Shown here: positions 57,897 through 64,000 of the stretch, in pieces
Position numbering within the stretch: the first letter of the stretch is position 1
How the letters are laid out: every line of letters starts with the position of its first letter
NCBI GenBank assembly: GCA_001513365.1
Contig: LFTH01000097.1
Location: forward strand, 7,742 to 71,741
Direction of reading: 5' to 3'
DNA length: 64,000 bases
Origin: Clostridiales bacterium DTU033
Lineage (GTDB): Bacteria; Bacillota; Clostridia; Oscillospirales; Acutalibacteraceae
The notes under the pieces: model-generated
The model's input: the letters and a program-made list of their open reading frames with translations, nothing else
What the model was told of the DNA's origin: nothing
The model's database searches: none
Translations under genes and position numbers: made by a program

Positions 57897-58607
57897 CTAT
57901 GGATTGTATGCAATCACGCCGCAGGCAATCGCAAAAGCCAGTTTCCGCTGATATGTTTCATCTTTGAGTTTTGACAGTTCGGCCGGGTTTGACAAAAAAC
58001 CGCATTCGACAATAATCGCCGCTGTGGTGGTTCTGCTCAGCAAATAAATATCGCCGGTGGATTTTTTCAGCTCCCTTTTATTGTCGGGTTGCAGCATCTC
58101 CAAAACCGCCTGCCTGACCGAAGCGCCCAGCATTTTGCTCTCAGGGTGATTGGTGCTATACCAGATTTGAGTCCCCCAGTACTGCGGCTGCTCAAAATGG
58201 TTTTGATGTACGCTTATTGCCAGCCGGCTTTTGTCGAATAGTATCAGCCGATTTTTCATATCGCTGACCTTCTGTTCGCGCAGCGTTTTCAAGCCTGCGT
58301 CGCAGGTCATGCGGTCGCTGTCGCGCGTTATTTCCGCCCTGTACCCCACAAAACGCAGCAAATCATACAGCGACAGAGATATCACCAGATTTATGTCCTT
58401 TTCCAGCGTCCCGTCGGCAGCCGAGGCTCCGCCGTCCCTTCCCCCGTGCCCCGGGTCAATTAAAATATAATCCCCTTCAAGCGTGCCGTTCGAGCCTGAA
58501 GTATCAAAGACTTTCATGACCTGCAGCGACAATAAGACCGCCGCAGTAATTGCCGCGACCACAAGGGCAAATAAAAACAGGTATTCCCCGGAGCTCCGTC
58601 TTTGCAC
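57897..58607 (-). CDS. cwlD: N-acetylmuramoyl-L-alanine amidase, CwlD-like
   Basis: Amidase_3 core IDPGHGGRDGGA ... EKDINL ... SVHQN after one TM. Start ambiguous: GTG 58607 with a GGGGTGG RBS, or the ORF opening at TTG 58655. Confidence 0.8.
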   Translation of the reverse strand: MQRRSSGEYLFLFALVVAAITAAVLLSLQVMKVFDTSGSNGTLEGDYILIDPGHGGRDGGASAADGTLEKDINLVISLSLYDLLRFVGYRAEITRDSDRMTCDAGLKTLREQKVSDMKNRLILFDKSRLAISVHQNHFEQPQYWGTQIWYSTNHPESKMLGASVRQAVLEMLQPDNKRELKKSTGDIYLLSRTTTAAIIVECGFLSNPAELSKLKDETYQRKLAFAIACGVIAYNP

Positions 58608-58673
58608 GATTACCACCCCGTAAAAAGGTATGAAGGCGGCGGCAAAAACATGCAATTAAAGCAGAAGAAAAAA

Positions 58674-59591
58674 CTAATATCTCCTTCTTTTCCTCTTTTT
58701 ATCCGGGTTGACGTATATAATCTTTTCGCTCAGTGAAATATGGTTGTACCCAAGCAAGTACGCAGCATGGCTTATAAGCGGCAGGGTTGCGACCGTAAGC
58801 AGGATTGCAAGCATTGAAAGCCATGAGACATTGGTGGAAACAAGTTCGACCTTGCCGGTTAATGCCGACATCACCGGCATGAAGGTCAGGTTCAAAAACC
58901 TGTATATGAAAAAGTATTTTTCGGTAATCAAACCGAGCCTGCTTACCACAAGCAGAAGGTAAAACACTATGGACGGTACCGCGGCAATCAGCCCAATCCG
59001 AAGCCCGCGGAGCTTGTCCTCCTCCATCCGGCCGAAATTCACGCTGTTGGCGTCCCTGTCGCCGCGCTCCCATAGCTTTGAATATATCAATGCGGCGAAC
59101 AGGACGAACATGAACGACTGGGACAGAATACCCATCGCGACCGATACCGTTTTCGGCATTTCGGTGCGGATGCTTTCGACAAATTGATTTTCCGCAAGGG
59201 TGGATTTTGTGTCGGCAGTGCTTGTCCCGGAGGTTGAAGAGGCGGCCGCCGTGCCGGTTGCAGAACTTTCAGTGCCGCCTGCGGCAGTCTCTGTGGGCTT
59301 TTGGGTCTGTAATGAGGTGCCCGCGGCGGTAGCTTCGGTCCGGGCAGCCGTAGTAGTGGCGTCATAATAGATTTCGGTTATCAGTTTTGTGGAGCCGTCT
59401 TTTTCCCTTTCATAAATCCTCTCGCCGATTGTCTTGGTAGACAACCCGACAAAAATCATGGTAAATGACATATAAATGATAAAATTGAGTACCGCCGCCA
59501 ATATGGTGGAGAGAAAGACGCTGGTGGCAAGCTTAAAGTCTTCTTTTCTCAAATCCTTTAAATTCGCTTTTTTTTCGTGCCCTTCAGTCAT
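58674..59591 (-). CDS. hypothetical polytopic membrane protein with Thr/Ala/Ser-rich extracytoplasmic linker
   Basis: About 305 aa and several TM segments. ATG 59591 has AAAGGA 8 nt upstream. No family recognised. Confidence 0.55.
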   Translation of the reverse strand: MTEGHEKKANLKDLRKEDFKLATSVFLSTILAAVLNFIIYMSFTMIFVGLSTKTIGERIYEREKDGSTKLITEIYYDATTTAARTEATAAGTSLQTQKPTETAAGGTESSATGTAAASSTSGTSTADTKSTLAENQFVESIRTEMPKTVSVAMGILSQSFMFVLFAALIYSKLWERGDRDANSVNFGRMEEDKLRGLRIGLIAAVPSIVFYLLLVVSRLGLITEKYFFIYRFLNLTFMPVMSALTGKVELVSTNVSWLSMLAILLTVATLPLISHAAYLLGYNHISLSEKIIYVNPDKKRKRRRY

Positions 59592-59630
59592 ACTATCCAT
59601 CCTTTATACTTTTATCAATTATACTTATTC

Positions 59631-60266
59631 TCAGCTGTCCGCGGTATTCTTGTTCCTGCGCCGTTTGAAATAAAAAACCAGAACGGCTGCCACAAACAGC
59701 GTCCCGATGACGATTACTCCGACTTTGGAATAAATCCCCATCGCGCCGGCGATTTTCTCCCACGACTCGCCGGCTGCGGCGCCGAGCGAAACCAGAACCG
59801 CATTCCAGATAAACGTTCCGATGGTCGTCAGGATGAGAAAAACCGGGATTTTCATGCGCGCCATGCCGGCGGGGATTGAGATTATACTGCGGATTACCGG
59901 GATAAACCGGCAGAAAAACACGGTGATTTTTCCGTGTTTATCGAACCATTTCTGCGCCCGCCGGACGTCGTCACTTTTAAGCCGGAGGATTTGCCCTGCG
60001 CGCCCGCCAAGAATTGCCTCCAAACGTTCGGGACTTATCAGCCTGCCGACCAGGTACAGGATTACTGCGCCCAGCGCCGAGCCCAATGTGGAAGCGACGA
60101 TAACACCGAATATATTCATTGAGGAATTGTCAAGGGTGGTCAGAAACCCGCCCGCGGTCAGAATAACCTCGGAGGGGATCGGCGGGAAAATGTTCTCAAT
60201 CATTATAAGGAACAACACGATGATATATCCGTAATCCAGTATTAGCTTAAGTATCCATTCCTGCAT
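59631..60266 (-). CDS. dedA: DedA family membrane protein
   Basis: 211 aa. ENIFPPIPSEVIL and RFIPVIRSIISIPAG. Confidence 0.85.
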   Translation of the reverse strand: MQEWILKLILDYGYIIVLFLIMIENIFPPIPSEVILTAGGFLTTLDNSSMNIFGVIVASTLGSALGAVILYLVGRLISPERLEAILGGRAGQILRLKSDDVRRAQKWFDKHGKITVFFCRFIPVIRSIISIPAGMARMKIPVFLILTTIGTFIWNAVLVSLGAAAGESWEKIAGAMGIYSKVGVIVIGTLFVAAVLVFYFKRRRNKNTADS

Positions 60267-60362
60267 GGGTTTTCCTCCGGTAGTAATTTCACTTGTTTAG
60301 AGATATGCTTTAGATAACCATTATATTAGATTTAAATCTGTTAGTCCAGCATTTTACTCAAA

Positions 60363-60413
60363 AAGGCCGCCCGGCACCTGCAAAACAGGAGATGGACGGC
60401 CTTATTAATGCTG
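60363..60413 (-). terminator. possible secF terminator
   Basis: - strand aaggccg ... cggcctt arms with an inner cctg/cagg stem, followed by tttg. The loop is long. Confidence 0.35.
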
Positions 60414-60418
60414 TTAAT

Positions 60419-61351
60419 TCAAGCCCTTGCCGGCTTTGCTTTCCGTTCTTTCCACAGCACCCATAACGGTCCGCAGATGCAGATTGTGGAATAACATCCC
60501 GAAATAATGCCAATCATCATCGGAACAGCAAAGCTGATTATGGATTCAAGATTGAATATGACGGCGAGTACAGCAACCGTGCTGATGGCAAGGAAAGTGC
60601 AAAGGCTGGTGTTGAACGAGCGGGTGAAGGACTGGTTTATGCTGACGTTCACTATTTCGCCGATTGCCCTGTCTTTGCCCATTGTGCGCTGGTTTTCCCT
60701 GATACGGTCGTATATAACGATGGTGTCGTTCAGCGAAAAACCGAGGATTGAGAGAACCACCGCGACAAAGTTGTCGTTAAGCGGAATTTGGAAAACTACA
60801 AAAGCGAAATAAGCTACGACAATGTCATGCAGCAGTGCGACCAGCGCCATCACGCCCGCCGACCAACCGCCGATTTTGCGGAAGCGCAGCGCGACATAGA
60901 TTACAAGGAAAACTGAAGCCAGCGCAATGGCAACAAGGCATTTCAGGAAGAACAGCCTGCCCATCGCAGGGCTTAACGAGTTGACGTTGACCTGCTGGAT
61001 TTTATTATCCTTATACTCGGTGGCGATAATCTCGCCAAGCTCCTTCTGCTCGTTCATTGAGATTGATTCGGTCAGATAAATGTTCAGGATATTGTTATTA
61101 TCCATAGAAGATTCGGTAAGTTGCGCGCTGACCTTTTTATTGATTTTGCTCTCAATAAACGACTCGACTTTTTCCCTGTCAAGGTTGCCCTGATAACTGT
61201 ACTTTATCAGGGTACCGCCTTTGAACGAGATGTCAAGCTCGACTCCCATCAATACATTTATCAGCAGACCAGCTACCATTATCGCAATCGATATCGCAAA
61301 AAAGATTTTTCGTTTTCCGATGAAGTCAAAGTTTTTACCGAATATGCTCAT
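60419..61351 (-). CDS. secF: protein translocase subunit SecF
   Basis: 310 aa, typical SecF TM layout. Overlaps the secD stop. Confidence 0.93.
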   Translation of the reverse strand: MSIFGKNFDFIGKRKIFFAISIAIMVAGLLINVLMGVELDISFKGGTLIKYSYQGNLDREKVESFIESKINKKVSAQLTESSMDNNNILNIYLTESISMNEQKELGEIIATEYKDNKIQQVNVNSLSPAMGRLFFLKCLVAIALASVFLVIYVALRFRKIGGWSAGVMALVALLHDIVVAYFAFVVFQIPLNDNFVAVVLSILGFSLNDTIVIYDRIRENQRTMGKDRAIGEIVNVSINQSFTRSFNTSLCTFLAISTVAVLAVIFNLESIISFAVPMMIGIISGCYSTICICGPLWVLWKERKAKPARA

Positions 61352-62745
61352 GCCCGTTCACCTCCAAGCAGCCACGGTTTTCGTAAAAATTTGAAACGGG
61401 CTATCGACTTCAGCATAAGTCGGGATGCCGTTACGCCCATAAGGAAATTGAAAATAATCCCAACAAACAAAGTGTAACCGAATGAGTATATAGCGCCGGT
61501 GGTGGAGGGCGGGAACCAGCGGAGTACGGGTTTGAGCAGCGTTGCCCAGAGCCCCGACGGCGGGCCGAACACGCCCATCAGAACAATCGCGACAATCATA
61601 ACCGTTATATTGCCGTCAAATATCGCCCAGAACGAATTGCTGGAGCCCCTGTCAATAGCGTTGTCAATCGTCCTTCCGGTTCGGATTTCCTCTTTTATAC
61701 GTTCCGAGGTTATCACGTTTGCGTCAACGCCCATGCCGATTGAAAGTATAATGCCCGCCATACCGGGGAGCGTCAATGTAAAGCTCGGTATGAAGCTGAA
61801 GTATCCCGAAACAGCCGCAAGCGAACCCGCTACCTGCCCTATCAGCGCGATTACCGAAACGAATCCGGGGAGACGGTAATATAAAATCATAAACAGCGAA
61901 ACCAGAGCAAATGCGATTATACCCGCCATAACCATAATATCCAGCGATTTCTCGCCCAGAGTCGGGTCGATTACCCCGTTGCTCTTGACCTCGATTGCAA
62001 ACGGCAAAGCGCCGGAGTTAATCAGGTTTGCCAGCGAGGCGGCTTCGGTAAACTTTGCAAAACCGCCAGAAATAACCGCAATCCCGTCGGTGATGTGCGC
62101 GTTTACCTTCGGATTTGAAATCATCTGGTCGTCAAGCCAGATAGAGATTGTGCCAGTATTCAACTGCTTTTTGGTAGCGTTAGAAAACGCCTCCCGCCCT
62201 TCGCTTTTCAGCTTGAGCTGGACAACCGGTTCGGTAGCGCCGGTATCGCTCTGCTGGTACATTGCGGTCGCCGTGTCGACTTCTTTGCCTGTCAGCACAA
62301 GCTCGCCGGTCGGCTTGCCGTCCTCGTCGGTATCGCTGCCAATCCTGAATTCAAGCTGCGCGGTTTTGCCAAGTTCCTCAATCGCCTTGTTGGGGTCGAA
62401 ATCCTTTTCGTCGGTCTTCCACGGAAACCGCACAATAACCTGATGGTTGGTCATGTCCGCGTAGATTTCGTAGTCTGTAATGTTATTGCCAATCAACCGC
62501 TGCGCAATAACGTCTTTAACCCCGTTCATCTGGGCTTCCGTTACATTTTCGACATTGCCTTTGGGGCCGAAGGTAACATCAATGCCGCCCCTGATATCAA
62601 TCCCCAGTCTTATGTCGGAAGCTCCCCTGATATAAGTATCGCGCCTGTCGCCGTAATGGGCATACACACCAAAAATCGTAGTATAGCCCAATGCAAAAAT
62701 CAACAGCGCCACGATGAAGAACAATGATTTGCTGGTTCGCTTCAT
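61348..62745 (-). CDS. secD: protein translocase subunit SecD
   Basis: 465 aa with a large first periplasmic-type loop. GGGAGG RBS. Confidence 0.93.
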   Translation of the reverse strand: MKRTSKSLFFIVALLIFALGYTTIFGVYAHYGDRRDTYIRGASDIRLGIDIRGGIDVTFGPKGNVENVTEAQMNGVKDVIAQRLIGNNITDYEIYADMTNHQVIVRFPWKTDEKDFDPNKAIEELGKTAQLEFRIGSDTDEDGKPTGELVLTGKEVDTATAMYQQSDTGATEPVVQLKLKSEGREAFSNATKKQLNTGTISIWLDDQMISNPKVNAHITDGIAVISGGFAKFTEAASLANLINSGALPFAIEVKSNGVIDPTLGEKSLDIMVMAGIIAFALVSLFMILYYRLPGFVSVIALIGQVAGSLAAVSGYFSFIPSFTLTLPGMAGIILSIGMGVDANVITSERIKEEIRTGRTIDNAIDRGSSNSFWAIFDGNITVMIVAIVLMGVFGPPSGLWATLLKPVLRWFPPSTTGAIYSFGYTLFVGIIFNFLMGVTASRLMLKSIARFKFLRKPWLLGGERA

Positions 62746-62808
62746 CGGTTTGTCCTCCCACGGTCTTATTATGTGATGTCAAAGAGTATCATCACGCCAA
62801 TAGAATCA

Positions 62809-62837
62809 ATTATAAATACAGTATTACAAAAAGTCAA
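62809..62837 (-). promoter_or_regulatory. candidate secDF promoter
   Basis: - strand TTGACT (62837-62832), 17 nt, TATAAT (62814-62809). Confidence 0.55.
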
Positions 62838-63038
62838 TATCGCCGGGTTGATATTTCCACAAAAGCCAAAAACCCAATAAAGCGACATATCCGGCGGTTT
62901 TTCATAAAACAGGCGTCAGATTTTAAGCATAACGCGAAGAACCGGACATAATTATGGCATTGTGGACATTTTGGGCAAAATGTGATAATCTTAAAACCCA
63001 TATTATGCGTTTTAAGCCAGTAAAAAGTGGTGAAGCTG

Positions 63039-64000
63039 ATGACCGGTATAATCCTCAAACTGGTTGCAAAAAAATACAATGAGACGGACGGCGGCAGCCA
63101 CCGCCATGCTCTGGGGCGTGTTTCAGGAAGGGTGGGAATAGCCGCAAACCTCTTTCTCTTTGCCGCTAAGCTCATAGCCGGAATACTGTCGTCCAGTATT
63201 GCCGTAATCGCGGACGCGTTCAACAACCTGTCGGACGCAGGCTCCTCAATCGTTACCCTCGTCGGGTTCCACCTCGCCTCCGCCCCGCCCGACAAGGAGC
63301 ACCCGTTCGGGCACGGCCGGATGGAATACATATCGGCTATGGCAATCTCTGCAATAATCATGTTCGCCGGTTTCGAGCTTGCAAAATCGTCAATCGTCAA
63401 AATCTTAAACCCCGCCGCCGTATCCTTCGGCGCCGTATCGTTTATAATCATTGCGGTTTCCATCATAATCAAACTGTGGCTTATGGCGTTTTACAAGAAT
63501 ATCGGCAACAGGATTAATTCAAAAACCCTTTACGCGGCGGTGGTGGACAGCCGGAACGACGCAATCTGCACCGGTTTGATTGCAGTATCCGCAATCGTCA
63601 ACGTATTTGCCAAAATCAATATTGACGGGTATATCGGGATAGGCATAGCGGTATTCGTCATGTGGTCAGGCATTTCCATCCTGAAAGACACCGTTTCGCT
63701 GTTGCTGGGGCAGGCGCCGGACCCTGAGCTTGTGAAAAACATCAGGGAAACGGTGCTCGGCTACGACGGGATAATCGGGCTGCACGACCTGATAGTCCAC
63801 AGCTACGGCCCGACCAAACGGATTATCTCTTTTCACGCGGAAGTGTCGTGCGATGAGGATTTAATGCGAAGCCACGACCTTATTGACCGCATTGAACGGG
63901 ATTTAATGGGGAAATATAATGCCGTGGTGTGTATCCACATGGACCCTGTGGACACAAAAGACGACAGGATTAAGGAATTGAGGGAGCTTGTCGAGGGAGT
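63039..64000 (+). CDS. cation diffusion facilitator (CDF) family transporter, 3'-truncated by the window edge
   Basis: Open frame from ATG 63039 to the end of the window, so it is absent from the ORF track. My own translation gives IADAFNNLSDAGSS, HPFGHGRMEY and VVDSRNDA, plus a C-terminal cytoplasmic domain (HAEVSCDEDL). Confidence 0.85.
   Translation, partial: MTGIILKLVAKKYNETDGGSHRHALGRVSGRVGIAANLFLFAAKLIAGILSSSIAVIADAFNNLSDAGSSIVTLVGFHLASAPPDKEHPFGHGRMEYISAMAISAIIMFAGFELAKSSIVKILNPAAVSFGAVSFIIIAVSIIIKLWLMAFYKNIGNRINSKTLYAAVVDSRNDAICTGLIAVSAIVNVFAKINIDGYIGIGIAVFVMWSGISILKDTVSLLLGQAPDPELVKNIRETVLGYDGIIGLHDLIVHSYGPTKRIISFHAEVSCDEDLMRSHDLIDRIERDLMGKYNAVVCIHMDPVDTKDDRIKELRELVEG

Noticed and set aside
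62834-63472. 212-aa ORF on the - strand
   Set aside because: It lies antisense to a clearly recognisable CDF transporter frame that runs off the window edge and so is missing from the ORF track. It has no family motifs and an odd composition.

Overview
64-kb chromosomal window that reads like the core genome of a spore-forming Firmicute of class Clostridia, Oscillospiraceae-like by gene content. The taxon is inference only. Coding regions are roughly half G+C by eye. Nearly all of it is housekeeping genes in classic Firmicute synteny. The + strand carries two tandem lepB copies, rbgA, rnhB, yraN, a dipeptidase, thrC, then tig-clpP-clpX-lon-engB-lysA. After a lone tRNA-Cys come guaB, ogg and fba. 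The - strand carries a histidine operon (hisZ-G-D-C-B-A/I-E), then polC-ispG-rseP-dxr-cdsA-uppS-frr-pyrH. Next is a six-gene polyamine operon (speD, speA-like, speE, speB, carboxy(nor)spermidine dehydrogenase and decarboxylase). The remainder holds base-excision repair genes, a Ca-type P-type ATPase, glyQS, a four-gene SGNH/DUF4358/MBOAT/DHHW surface O-acylation cluster, radA, a cwlD-like amidase, dedA, secDF and a 3'-truncated CDF transporter. I saw no transposase, integrase, phage genes, CRISPR array, rRNA or recognisable defence system. Five things stand out. (1) A ~450-nt leader with its own intrinsic terminator and a 23-codon uORF precedes the polyamine operon and matches no riboswitch core I know. 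(2) That operon combines both known spermidine routes. (3) A ~0.8-kb AT-rich ORF-less gap next to tRNA-Cys ends in a perfect 25-bp hairpin. (4) HisA and HisI are fused in one ORF, hisE is separate, and hisH/hisF are absent from the operon. (5) The O-acylation cluster has no known substrate. Calls rest on reading the translated ORFs for family motifs and on the DNA itself. No database search was possible, so all novelty statements are provisional.
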